A DNA stretch of 64,000 nt from Podarcis gaigeae. Its lineage: Eukaryota. The notes under the pieces are model-generated. The model was not told the origin of the DNA. It saw only the letters and a list, made by a program, of their open reading frames with translations, and made no database searches. Location of the stretch: assembly GCA_964106915.2 (NCBI GenBank), contig OZ066919.1; one strand, 5' to 3'. The position numbers and the translations under genes are program-made. Numbering within the stretch: the stretch's first letter is position 1; each line of letters begins with the position of its first letter. Positions 22,383 through 35,093 of the stretch are shown here, piece by piece.

Positions 22383-25300
22383 AAACACATTTTACTGCTT
22401 TTTTGTCCATGTTTAAAAAGCACCGGTGACCTTTTTTTATTTAGCGTGCCCCAGGTGTAATGCTGAGGCTGATCCTCTTAGGGTTTATAACCTCAACAGA
22501 GAGTGCCTTTACCCAACGGAGGGATGATTTAAAGGAGGGCTAGAAATATGAGGCCTCACTGGTACTCGCACAAGTCTCTTGCTCTGCCTTTCCAGAATGA
22601 AATGGTGGCTTGCCTTGGAAATGGTATAGGGAAATGAGCTCTCGCTGAGAAAGGTTTGGTCAGGTTGTTGGTTGCTATTACAGATTAGTGCTTGGGAAGG
22701 AGGGGAAGGCTTCAGGGTGCTGGTCCTGCACAATTAGCACAATTACCAATACATCTGCATCCTCCATACTAGATTGCAGAGTAGGTTAATATAACCAAAA
22801 AGCTCCATTGCTATGTAGAAGACAAAGCCAAGAGAAATCAAGGGTGAAATTCAGCATCTTGCTATTGCAAACATTCTGTCTCCACAAGTATATCAGCTGG
22901 CCAGAGAGAACAATCCCCCCTCCCCATATGCTATTCTGGGTTCTTCTTACCCTCCCCCCAGCCAATTTCACAGTGGGAATAGTGGGAGGAAAGCTCCATT
23001 GCAGAGGCCTTCAACTGATGGGGTTTGTTAGGTAAATCCTGCCCCCCCCCCGATATTTGGGCAATCTTCAGTGGTTCCAAGATGATTGGTGACTAGGAAG
23101 CATTTATTCTCCATGACATTTTGGTGCCATTCCACTGGTTCGATTCAAGAGACAAAGGAGAAATACAATATTATATTCCTTTAACAGCGTTCTCTGCTTT
23201 TTGATTTAAACCATTTTACTAGGAATGTCAAGTTTCTTTGAGAGGACAGGAAAGATGACCCGGTGTTGAGAGTGTCCAGGGGGCATGAGGAGACATAATT
23301 TTTCCTTGTAGATAGTAACTCCCTAGAGAACAAAGGCTGCTGGTGTATCACAGGGTCCAATCACAAGAGTTCAGGTTGCCTTTTGTGTTTTTTGTGGGGT
23401 GGGTTGAATTGACTGGCTTATTTCTTTTTTAAAAAAAAACCTTCATGATTATAGTGTCAATAGTTGTATAGTTGTCCTGTACCATTAGGTTAATTGATTT
23501 GGATGGTTGAGGATTTGATGAAATTCTCCAACACTTTTGTTTATTTAGAACCTCAGGGATGGGGAACCTGTAGCTCTCTAGATGTTTTTGGACTCCAGCT
23601 AAGCATTAAAACAATGGACCTTTCGTATTTTCTGGTGGCAGACAATCTGCAACAAAGAAAAGACTTAATCTTCCTCTCCCTCAATCTATCATCCACCCAT
23701 CCATCCCTTCTTCTTGTTTCCTCTTCACCCTCGAATCCATTTTTTACCTGCTATCAAAAAGATGGTTGTGGTGTCATTGGGGTGACCCACCTTTGATCAA
23801 ATCTGAGTCCAGCTTTGAGCACAATCTACCAGCCAACAACCAAACACTAATGCTGGTAGGAAGGAGCAAGATGGGCATTTAAAGCTGACAAGATTTCTAA
23901 TTCTAAACCTTCTGCTCCCATTCCTCCCCCTCCATCCCATCTATGTGCCTGATAATTCTCCTGACGCAGCCTAAATGGAGAAGCAGTTGCCATTCCACCT
24001 TGGTGAAATGAGAAACACAAATGAAGTGCGGTTTGGTGCTAGAGCAGGGGCTTGACTCACTGATACAATGTTTAACATGCTGCCGAGGTATTTAGAATAG
24101 AACCGCTTGCTACCATTTTAAGAAGACAGTTTATTCATCTAAACGGCAAGCTTATGTAGAAGAGGGTCTGAGATTGACGTCTTTGGGATTAGTTTAGCCC
24201 TGCATTTTTTCTGGAGGTCGTTGTCATGGTGCTCAGGAGGTTTGTCGAATAAATGGGGCCAGCGTTCTTCTTGGGACCACATGCTAAAAACTAATACATA
24301 ACGTTTAATTTACTGTCTCCGTAGCTAGCCCAGCCATTTTTCAGATAATAATATTGGATTAGAGCGACTTGCAAGGGTGGATGGGAGTGGGCAGGCAGGC
24401 ATGTGGGGGCTGATGAGGAGCAATGAGAGTCGTTGTTGAGGTTCCTTGAAGCAGAGTCGATGGCTTGTGCACTTTTATTTCTTCACAGAAGCAAATTGAA
24501 AAGGGAAGTATCTTTAACTCCTGTGATCAGGTTGTTACATGCAATCTGAGAAAGAAGGCAAGGGTTTACATTGCAACCAGAGCCCTCCCTAATGTCAAAA
24601 TATTGTATCTAGCCTATTATGATATGGGGAGAAGGATCCCATCCTTTAGATTCAGATTTTATTTTGCTATCTTGGCCCTTTCTGGTACAAAGATGGTCAC
24701 ATTTTTGCAAGGTGGGTACTTCTCTGAAAATTGTTTCTTGCTGCAGTTAGAAGACCAGGGTATTTGTTCCTCAAATGGTTGGTTCGTGTAGGATTTTATA
24801 AACATTGTTTTATTTGCCTATTTATTTAATAAACTTACACCCCTCTTTTTCAAATAAATTATAATAAACTACATGATCACAAAACACAGTAACAGTTTTC
24901 ACCCCCTCCAAAGTGACCACTCCATTATCTCAAAAGACAGGGGCTTTCAGCTGTCACAAACTTATTTAGGTTTAAAGTGTATGTGTATATGACTAATCTG
25001 ATCTGAAGTTGAATCAGTCAAGATTATAAATCCAAACCCAACTATAAGGCTGTGGTAAGTTTAGTGAGGAGCTGTTAGTTAGTTTTTGCACATTACACAC
25101 CAGCCCAGAGAAGTTAATGTAATTGGGTTGGCAAATTTCCTAGAAAATAGGCTAATAGCCATTGACATGCAAATATATGCACATTTTAAGTTGTTCACTA
25201 CTTAGCTGAGCTTATTTTACAGAGCTCAGATGGTTTGGAGTGGGTGGGCACCTTGCCTCGGGTCACCACTGGGGATGGGGGATAATCCAGTGGCAACAGA

Positions 25301-25479
25301 GAAGTGGGTGATATGAGGCTAGGCTGGTTCAGAAAGGCTTTGCTTTTTAAAAAAATAGTGGCCTGAGTAGAGTTACTTAGAGAGTTATCAGCTGGATTAA
25401 TGGGAAAGAGAAGAAGACTATTTCAAGTATAACAAGCAGCATGGTAATTACACAAAAATGGAAGTCACATGAGACAACC

Positions 25480-25532
25480 TGTTTGTTTGTTTGTTTGTTT
25501 GTTTGTTTGTTTGTTTGTTTGTTTGTTTGTTG
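25480..25532. repeat. (GTTT)n microsatellite
   Basis: Direct observation. Confidence 0.95.
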
Positions 25533-25785
25533 GACAATTCTTTACTCCCCTAAAGGGCAGCTGAGGAACTATAAGATTGGTAGAAGGGCCACAATGCTAA
25601 CAGAGAAGGAGTCCAGCTGCCCAACTGACCACCAGTGAGTCAGAAAGCTCCACCAATAACACTGTCCCACTGACAGTGTTTTGTGAATGATGAAGACCAA
25701 AGCAGGACGTGATGAAAGGTAGCAGGGGAGGGTGTAGATCCACAGGATACTAAGCTCCATCATTATCTTGACATATCCCCCTCCC

Positions 25786-25833
<48 letters not shown>
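25786..25833. repeat. (GAAA)n microsatellite
   Basis: Direct observation. Confidence 0.95.
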
Positions 25834-27469
25834 GTTCCTGAAATGTCCTGGAACTAAAATTGTGGTTAATGAGGGGGAAAGAAGAGTGGGAAAAGAAAAA
25901 GCTATCTCCTGTTGCTGAGCATGTGAGCTTCACCTGCTCACCTGCTGTTTGTCAGTGACCACTGATTTTTTTTTGGGGGGGGGGGCTGCACTCCACCTGA
26001 AAATGAGAACATTTGCACAAATGACAAAGCATATGCAAATCTATGCAAATGGGTGGAGAGTCAAATCAACATATAGTGAGCCCAGAAAATCCTGTTAGCA
26101 TCCCTGTTCTCAGTAAATGAACCTCCTTAAAATATTGTCAAAGCGCTCTATCATTTCCCATAAATCTTTTTTGTGCATGGAATTTATACCTCTGCCATTG
26201 CTCTGAAGTTTGCACAGTACTGATAACCTTCACTGTTTCAAGTAAACTGCTGACCATTTTGCCTGCATAGCTTGCGGTAAAAGAAAGGAAATTCTGTGTT
26301 ATTTGGGATATTTCTGAGATTAACAGTATAGGAAATCCTGTACTATAACAGTATAGGAAATCCTATACTGTAATTAGAAAAAGATTTAATAATATACTAA
26401 TATTTGTAATTACTGAATGGATCTGAATAGTGTTTGGCACCAAATGCTTCTCCCCACTGATTCTGCATTACTGCTTTTATGTCTTTTTGTTTGAGTACAT
26501 TTTCTGAGAGATTTTCATGCACATTAAAAGTTAGGAGGTACAACTGAGGTGTTTTTGCTTGTATCCCTGTTTAAACCCTCAGATAGTATTTCAATGGCTA
26601 AGAAAATGCAAATAAAAAAGTTTTCTTTAACAAAAGCAATATTTAGCATGGGCTTCTTAGGGAGCCTCATATGTGGTCATTTGACCAAGGCACTGCTCAC
26701 CTTTATCCTATGCATTTTTGGTGGCATCTTTCTTGTCCAGGTGCAGAGATAGTATTGCACATTCTTTTATAATCCCAGATGATGTATACTTTACCTGTAG
26801 GTATAATTATGTAGTTTCCCAGTGTGTATGCCAGTGATACTGGAGTGGAGATGATGGGGGAACATTATTTCATACAGTGCCTTTCACTTAACCCAAAAAT
26901 TCCAAGTTGCTGTCTTTTCTTTTTCCAAATCATCTCTCTTTCCCTAATGGGCAGTAGTTCCTGCAAGATGTAGTTGTGTACTGGTGTTTCTATGTCATGA
27001 CTGCCAGTGTTGTTCTTCAGTGATGTATTTCCATGTGAGAGATACAAAGCTAAATAATACAGCTACCTCTGCCACTAACACAAACTTAGGAGCACAATGG
27101 AGGACAGAGGAGGGGCAATGTTCATGCATCCATTCCTAAACATAGGCACTGTATGCAAGCCACCACACATGAGGCCCAGAAATGATATTCTTGTTTGTCC
27201 CATACTGGGTGACAGGTTTGGCATGAGGTGAATATTTAGCTCTCTGAATGACTTCCTGCATCATTCTCAAAAGCCATCTCAAGAGTTATCACACCACATG
27301 TCCATCTAACTTAGAAGATGTCCCTCTCTATAGCTGGTTGTTGGTGATCATGTTTTCTTAATTAGCATTTTTTGCTATTATATATCACACATCCTTCTAC
27401 GCTTCCTCTTGAGAACAAGGAACACTTTGCATTGTTAACTGCTTCTCCCTTTCCCCGCTTCTTCCACAG

Positions 27470-27565
27470 TCAATTTTGTTGTCAGCCTCAATCAAGCGAG
27501 AAGGAGACTCTCCAACGGCATCACCTCACTCCTCAGATGATATCCATCACTCAGACAGATACCAG
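27470..27565 (+). CDS. RNF220: RNF220 internal coding exon, 96 bp, SILLSASIKREGDSPTASPHSSDDIHHSDRYQ
   Basis: Acceptor ctttccccgcttcttccacag|, donor CAG|gtgaga, 32 open codons in phase 0/0. The peptide is recognisable as RNF220. Confidence 0.93.
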
Positions 27566-27893
27566 GTGAGAGAGCAACCAGGAGGACTCAGCTGATGACT
27601 GGAAACCAGGAGTTACTAAGTGCCACTACTAGTTCTTTCAGTACTGCCATTCAAGTCCTTAACTTTTTAGCCTTTTATGTTTTTCAGGGATTATAATACC
27701 CCCCCCCCTTGTTTAATGCATATCTCCTTGCATCTGGGAAATCTTGCCAAAAAAAGTACTATGGTATACAAATGTTAAATAATACCCTTAACAGGTTTGC
27801 ACCCAGTATAGCTTTCTGGTTCTTAATGCTTCTTGGTGCATCATGGCATAAAATACAGTTGTTAAGTTAATAATACAGTTACAGTTGTTGTTT

Positions 27894-27894
27894 G

Positions 27895-27940
<46 letters not shown>

Positions 27941-28141
27941 CCCACCCATCTCTATTTATACCCCACCCACTCTGGGTGGCTTACAGCATATCTAAAAACA
28001 TAAAATCTCCCAGTACAGGGCTGCCTTCAGATGTCTTCTAAAAGTTGTCTTCTAAAAGTTATCTCCTTGACATTTGAAGGGAGGGCGTTCTGCAGGGAGA
28101 GTGCCACTACTGAGAAGGCCCTCTGCCTGGTACCCTGTAAC
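27894..28141 (-). mobile_element. L2 LINE 3' fragment, same family as 1940-2571, with (TTA)n tail
   Basis: cagggctgccttcagatgtcttct...gggagggcgttc...gccactactgagaaggccctctgcctggt.ccctgta is the reverse complement of 2290-2412, with decay. Confidence 0.85.
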
Positions 28142-29488
28142 TATTATTGAATAACGTTAGTTTTAATATTACTGTATTTTGTAAGTGGATGGAAAATAGG
28201 ACTAAGCATAATGCCACAATTAGCCAGAAACAAGTCACCACCAGTGGGACTCCATTCTGAAAATCATGTAAATGGAATTTGCAGGTGCAAAAAGGGTTGT
28301 AGCCTTGTCAATTTTATTGGTCAGTAAGTTTTGTATAGTTTATTAAGGTGTGAACACAAAGGTTATCTGCTGTACTGTGTCCAAAGCCAATAGAAGGTCA
28401 CTGTACAACTACAGTTCCTATTAGAGTCTGAAATATGCGCACGCACACATTATGGGGTGCTGCCCATCATCTCCATGGGTATATGGGCTGTACTACTAGT
28501 TGGAATGCAGCCAGTGCATAACTGTGCTAATGAATCAGTAGTGGTCTGAGGCTGGGATGAACGTTTGTGTCTATTGTATGACTAATATGTCTTTTCTTAA
28601 TTGTTAGTAGCTCCTGCCATAGTCATAGTTTATATAGTTCAGACTATGCCAGAGATATGAAGTGCTCACACTCTGTACTTTCTGCTGGTTCATGCTCTCA
28701 AAAATGAATCAACACTGTTCTGAATATTGTCAAATACAGATAAACATTGCTAATAGTATTCTTCTGTATGCAGTAAGTGATCCCAGTTTGCATTTGATGG
28801 CTTTACTTTTCACAACAGGCACTTCACAGAGACTCATAAATTCTTGATGGAGAGGCAAATGGGAATTATAGTTTGCTTTTATAGGGTAGAAGACTGGAGG
28901 ATGATCCTTTTTTGTATTTTTTACTGCTCTAGAATTTGCAGGCCGGAGTAGTACAAAGCAACTCCAGTGTATAACTAGAATATGACTAGGGAAATACACA
29001 GGCATCAGAGATAAATCTCCTCTGGGAGCTAATCCAATGGGCTTTATGCAAATAAAATAAAATAAAATTCTCCCCTTGATTCCAAGAGCTGCAAGCTGAG
29101 CTTTTCACGTGCTGGATGTGTGCCCTGGTTATATATTTCTTTAAAACTGCAGTGCTGGTAATTTTGCATTGCAAGTTCTTTATGGCATTTATGATCTGCT
29201 AGGAAATATACTGTATATATTAGTGAGAGATTGGGAAGCAAACTTTTGCTTATTTCTGAAGGAAATTTCACAAAGTTTGCACTGATAAGCTCTGTTGGTG
29301 TCTTAGCAGGGACAGAAACAGTTCACCATTTAGCCCATAGTGATCACATGAAAACTTAACCTGATGCACCTGCAATTACATGGGGGAGCTCTCTGTGATA
29401 AAGCAAATATTTCCACATCCCTGCTACCAGTGATATGTAGAGAACATATATTTTATGTGGATAAATGGTGCAGTCAGCTGCCATGAGG

Positions 29489-29610
29489 TTACAAAAGGTA
29501 GGTGCAGATTACCATTTACTATGTAATTGCCACTTGCAAACACTACGGCATGCATGTGTTTGCAGGTGGCAATTACATAATAAATGGTAATCTGCACCTA
29601 CCTTTTGTAA
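29489..29610. repeat. Long inverted repeat: 55-bp arms, 12-nt spacer, 2 mismatches
   Basis: 29489-29543 is the reverse complement of 29556-29610 at 53 of 55 positions. Confidence 0.95.
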
Positions 29611-29949
29611 AGCATCAACAGGGCTGTCCTGTCCAAGCTTTCTAAAATTCCTTACAAAATAACCACACGAACCACAGCCATACATCTAGAGCTGTCAGAA
29701 CTGGGCTATGGGTTGTGGTCTGCAGTTGGGAACATGGAGTCAGGACCCAAGGGAAGTGAGGAGGCAGGGTCAGAGAATAAAGACTGAATAGCAATTAGTA
29801 CCAGAGGTGAAATCAGAAGACAGGACTCAGGAACATAGAGTAATAAGGATCAGAGGACAAAAACCAACGCAGAGCCAGTAGGAGTCAGGACCATAGTAAA
29901 ATCAGGATCAGAGGGTAAACCAGAAGGCAGAACTGGTTTATTGAACTGC

Positions 29950-30061
29950 ATGACCTGTTTATTGAACATTCATCCTTGTTTTACTCTAAGGTGCTACTGG
30001 AAGGAATGACCTGTTTATTGAACATTCATCCTTGTTTTACTCTAAGGTGCTACTGGAAGGA
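29950..30061. repeat. Perfect 56-bp tandem duplication
   Basis: 29950-30005 is identical to 30006-30061. Confidence 0.95.
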
Positions 30062-33000
30062 TTTTTTTTTTATTTTGTTTCATCCTGGTTTGTTTGCATT
30101 GTTATATGGCTTCCCGTCAATCATTTCCAACACTTTCTAGTGCATTGCCTCATCACTTTCTGCACCACAAAAAGTCCTTTTTCTAAAGTGGGGTTGTTGT
30201 GCAAGAGCACCAGAATGCTTTAATCTACTTTAATTGTGCAAACCTAAATTAGCTGCTATGCAATTGAATCTTTCCCGCAAAATAGTAACAGTCTGGAATG
30301 GATCTTAGTAGAACAAGCAAAGTTCTACTGAGACAAGAAGCCCTCTTGTTTTCCTTCCTGCCCAGGCTTGAATAGTCATTCTGGAAGGTACCTGCCCAAG
30401 AAGTTGTAGTGATTTTGCTTGCCACACGGGGTAATTAGTGGTCAACAGTTCCTGAAATATGTATTTAGATCTAGTTTGATACAAATGTAATCTGGTGAAG
30501 CAAGGAAAAATTCAGTAGGAACAGAATTAGGAAGTGAAGCATTATTATGAGAGCTGAAAGGTTGATCAGAAAACTAGGACCTAGTCCAAGTTATAATTTG
30601 GCAGCCAAAATTAGTTGCTAGCTCTCTCCTACTTGGCTGTTTGGCACATATACTGCATTTTTCTGTGTTCTTATAGAAAAGGGGAGAAATGTTTTAAGTT
30701 AACAGTGTTGTCCCACATGCATTTGATTTAAACTAGAGTTATAGAAAGGCTACCAAAAATATTGTTGTGGAATTATGGTATAAAGAAAAAGAACAGATTA
30801 TGTTGCAATTGAAACTGTCCCCTCTGCATTTGCAGCTCAGGCCCAGAAGCCTTGAATTGTTTTCAGAGAGAGCAAGTGAAACTGACAGGAAGTTGTTGGT
30901 TTTTTTGAGTGATCATGTTGAGTGAAATAGCAACGGCAGGATGTTTGAGGAAAAGAGGTGAAAGGAAGCAGAAATGTAGGTAGGTAGGTAAATGAGAGGT
31001 TTGAAGTTGCTCTGGCTGCATTAATCTGACATCTCTTGAGTAACACAAGGAGAACAGTATTGCTTTTTGAAAATGGAATTTTTATACTGTGTCCTTTCTT
31101 CCCAGCTTTCTGCATAAGAATAGGATTAATGACATGACAGTTTCTTGACAAAAAGAAAGAGGTGTTCCAGTTAAAGAGTATGTTAGCATTCTAACACAGA
31201 GAATCAATTTAGGTCAGGTCCTAGAAAATATTGGAGCACTCCTATCTCTCCTTGTAATAAATGTGAAATGAGGATGCTAAGCACTAGACAGAGTCAGGTT
31301 CCAATATTCCAGACCAGGGTTTGGATAGTAAGTAGAGTGGAGCTGCTTGGTAAAAGTGCAATTTGCCTGAAGAAAAATCCATTAAAAATAGGATTTCACC
31401 CTCTCTCTAGGCAGTCAAACTGAGAGGAGGAGCCAATCTCATTCAGCCCAGGTACATTCTGCCTTTGGCAGAATCAGTAGGCTATAGCTCCTTCTGTAAA
31501 TGTGCCGGCCCATGTTCCCTCCACCTTCCATAGATATTGCCAGCATGTACAGTACTAATCAGGCCATTAAAATATGCTTACATTATCCAGTTTATTACAG
31601 AGATTCATTTTTGCTTTGCACAAGTACACACAATGCCTTTGTTGGTTGCTGGCTGGTCTTTATATGGGCTGATCTTGTCTTCCAAAGATTCATAATATGC
31701 ACATCCTTTGAAGATGTGCTTAAACAGTAGAGTGAAGGAATTCCCTATGGTACTCCCTAAACTCCAAGATACGTTACAGTATTTTGCACCCAGAAATATA
31801 AAGACTAGTATATTGTGATGTGCTGCATTCTTGCACGAGTCACTGAGGGATAGTCCCCTGCAACTCAAGTGCATCAGATAATGTGGATAAAGCTTCTAAA
31901 GAAGAGGCTCAGTGTACTAGAACGAAGCTGCCAGCCGAGACTTCACTTGAAACAATTGCCCTCCTCCTCTCTCCTCAAAACCTCAATAATATGTATTTTA
32001 CTACTTGTTTTAGCTTACAAAATAATGTCTTAACATCTGTGAAATATAAAGCATTTCATTCATACATCAGTTTGTGACAGATACAAGGCATTTGCTGTTT
32101 CTTAAAATCAGTGCAGACTTAGCATACAGAGGTGCTAATTAGGAAAATAGACAGCAGACAGTTGAGATTGCCCAAAATACTTGATTTTTCTCTTTTTTCC
32201 CCTTCAGAATCATACTGTGTACTTCTGTGCATATTGACCTAAGATACTGTATCTTATCTGCAATTGACCCCAGTGAATTATAATTAATATAAATGGGAAC
32301 AGACTACAATAAAAAATGAGTAATCTCTCATTTAAGACTGTACAGCTAGTGTCCCCACCTTGTAGGGGAGCTGTGCAAGAGATATCAAAATGAGTTGAAA
32401 AGTATAAAATAGCAGAGAGATCAGAAGGGTGCAGACCTGTCCCAAATTTCATCCCTTAAGTTGTGTATTTACTGAAAAGAAACATGGAAAAGCCCGGTAT
32501 ATTGAAATAATTCAAAAGCTTAGGAAAAAAGCATTTCGAGAGGCTTACGGTTTTTAAAGGTTTTGTGTTTTTTTAAAGCAATTTAGGCCTCAGGATTGCA
32601 ACACTGTCACACATGTTTGCCTTTAAACACTTGGATAGTCTTTGATGGCTTCAGCAGGATTGCTAATAGGATCAAAGTGAATCACTTCCCTTAAGTGTTT
32701 GCAGGATGTGGACCCTGGTTGGCAGGATAAAGGCCATTTTATAGATTTATCATTCTTGCAATCACTGACTGTGACTTTAGAGTCATAAAAGACTAAAATA
32801 ATGACTGCTTTGTCCAGTAACATGTTGTATTTGGTAAGGTTTTATCTTCATTTCATCCCTATAGAGAACTTCAGCTCATCACTGCCTTTTGACAGGAAAA
32901 GGGAGGAATGCTTATGTTTCTAGGAGTCTACAAGACCTGCACACACCACTTTTTGTTAGCCCTTTTTATTATACATGCACACGGCAGGTAAAATACTAAG

Positions 33001-33373
33001 TATTTCACATAGCTTAATAAAAAGCCAGACTTTCCACACATGCCAAGAACAATTTACTGGATGTGATTCTAGCAACATCCAGTGATACCTATAGCAATTT
33101 TTAGAAAAGAGGTGCCTCTCTCAATGGAGACATCAATTTATCAAGAGGGGTACCTTTATACAGTTGTAGCTTGTGTGCAAGTGTGCACTGCTGGGTTGTT
33201 GGTTTTCCTCTTCTTAGCCTCACAACTATCATTGCTGAGGGTTCTTAAGGTTCAAAGTTATGAAGCTGCTTATACCTGGGAAGTTACTTTATTGGTGCAG
33301 GGCACCCAAAAACGCAGCTTGTCTTCTACAGAAAGTTGGAGTGGGTTTCTGCACTTTTTGTAATAGAAATAAG

Positions 33374-33526
33374 CTGTGCTTTTTTCCCCTAAAAAAATGT
33401 TTAGGGGTACTCTCATTTTCCTACTCATATTGAAATACTGACCTGACCCTCAATAAGGCCAAACTTAGATTCACAAAATGTTTAGGGGTATGCGAACCCC
33501 TGCATCCCCCCAGAAGAAAAGCACTG
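33374..33526. mobile_element. hAT-like MITE
   Basis: Termini ctgtgctttttt / aaaagcactg and an internal direct repeat aaaatgtttaggggta. The flanks gaaataag/gatagaag may be a decayed 8-bp TSD. Confidence 0.6.
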
Positions 33527-33759
33527 GATAGAAGCTTGAACTGTCTGTTACAACGGTGGCAATATCGGGGCTGCTAATTGCAAAGTTATCTACCCAAATT
33601 TTGTTAGCTTGAGCGGCTAGCTTGCCATTTTCCTGCTCATTTCTCAAAGTCTCGGCAAGTTAAATTTATGCTTGGGGAGCAGACTGCATCTTGTCTGTAG
33701 TTGTACAGGAATGCATGTACACGTATGAACACTTAAGACACAGGGAGGCAGCCTTGATG

Positions 33760-34540
33760 TGACGACAGGGGTGTTGCACGCATTTAGCAGTGTCCCTGTT
33801 TCCTTCGCCGACTTGCCGGAGGATTTGCTTGCGTAAAAGAATGTACCTTCCGTGCTTCTCTTCAAAACACAGACGTCCACTAATAGGGCAGATTTTGGGG
33901 GAGACCCCGAGCAACGGGAAAGGAAGTGCTGCTTTGTGCCGGGGACGTTTATAGCCCTGCGTGGGGATATGGGGAGTGAGCAGTTGCGTCTCGGGAATCG
34001 GGCTCCTGGTGGTGTTAGAGGAGGGGCTGATGGAGATCGCATCAAGCCGAGTGGTATTTGCGGCGCGAAGAAGGAAGCGTGGTAGCAAAAGCAGAAGTCC
34101 CTAGTCCCAGACCGCTCTTTGCTGCCCCGTTGCCATGAGAACAGCTTCCTCCCCCTGAACTCTCACCCCGCGCAGGCCGCGGCGACGCCTGGTCACATGA
34201 TCGGAGCTAACATGGCGGCGGCCGCTGTTATGGGGAGCTGATTGCAGGTGCCGGGGCCGTTGCCTGCATCCGCCCTCATCCCCGGCCATGCAGAGCGAGA
34301 GAAGGGAACCCGGTGGTCGAGAAGAGGTGCGAGCGGGGCGCGTCTGAGAGGCCGGAGCGTCTCTGGGGCCGGAGCCGCTAGGGCAGGAGATGGGGCTTGT
34401 TTACATCCGAACGGGGGTTGGGCCATCATCCCTGAGGTGGGAGGGGTCTGCTTATATCCATATCCATAAACTTGGAGGGTGCATTTTTTTTCATTTAAGG
34501 ACGAGGCATACCCTCCTCCCATCTTCGGGGCCGTGCAGAA
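33760..34540 (+). promoter_or_regulatory. Intronic CpG island, probable internal (alternative) promoter of RNF220
   Basis: This is the only long CpG/GC-rich non-repeat stretch in the window. It holds an RFX X-box GTTGCCATGAGAAC (34129-34142), a USF/TFE-type E-box GGTCACATGA (34191-34200) and a YY1-like AACATGGCGGC (34209-34219). It lies about 0.6-0.9 kb upstream of the 35094 exon. Confidence 0.75.
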
Positions 34541-35093
34541 CGGCTTTGTTTATCTAAGGATGACACGAGTCCCTGGAGGGGAAAGACCAGGAGGAGGTTG
34601 TTTATTTTTGGTATCTAGGAACTAAGAGCAATACTGGTATACTTGTTCATTTGTAAGGAGATTAATTTATAGCTAAGCCAAAGCTAGACAGCAGGCTGTA
34701 GGCTGCTTTCCCCCATACAGTAGTCTTGTAGGCTGAGGAATTAGGGAGTGGGGAAGTGGTATGGAACCTTGCAAGCAGTTGGGATGAACTACATTTAGGG
34801 TGCTGTGGATATCTATATTTCGACAACAGCCAAGTCAGAGGAAATGTGGGTGTATTTGTGTTTGAAGAAGTTATCTGGGGAAGATTAAATTGTGGTATTG
34901 GTTTGAATTGGTAAATATAGGCAACACCCAAAAGGGAAGTTTGTCAGGTAGATGAGAGTGCTGTGGTGGATTTTTCTAATCTAATTCCCCCATACACTCC
35001 CTAAGACTGCTTCTCAAAATGGGGTAAATAACTCTGTAGTTTTCTCATCAGCAAGTTCCTAATGCTTTTTTGCTCCTGATCTTCTCTTAACAG

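Noticed and set aside
21828-22460. ORFs containing X runs
   Set aside because: Artefacts of translating the N gap.
33644-34522. Overlapping 60-140 aa ORFs on both strands
   Set aside because: These are an expected by-product of a GC-rich CpG island with few stop codons, and show no protein similarity.
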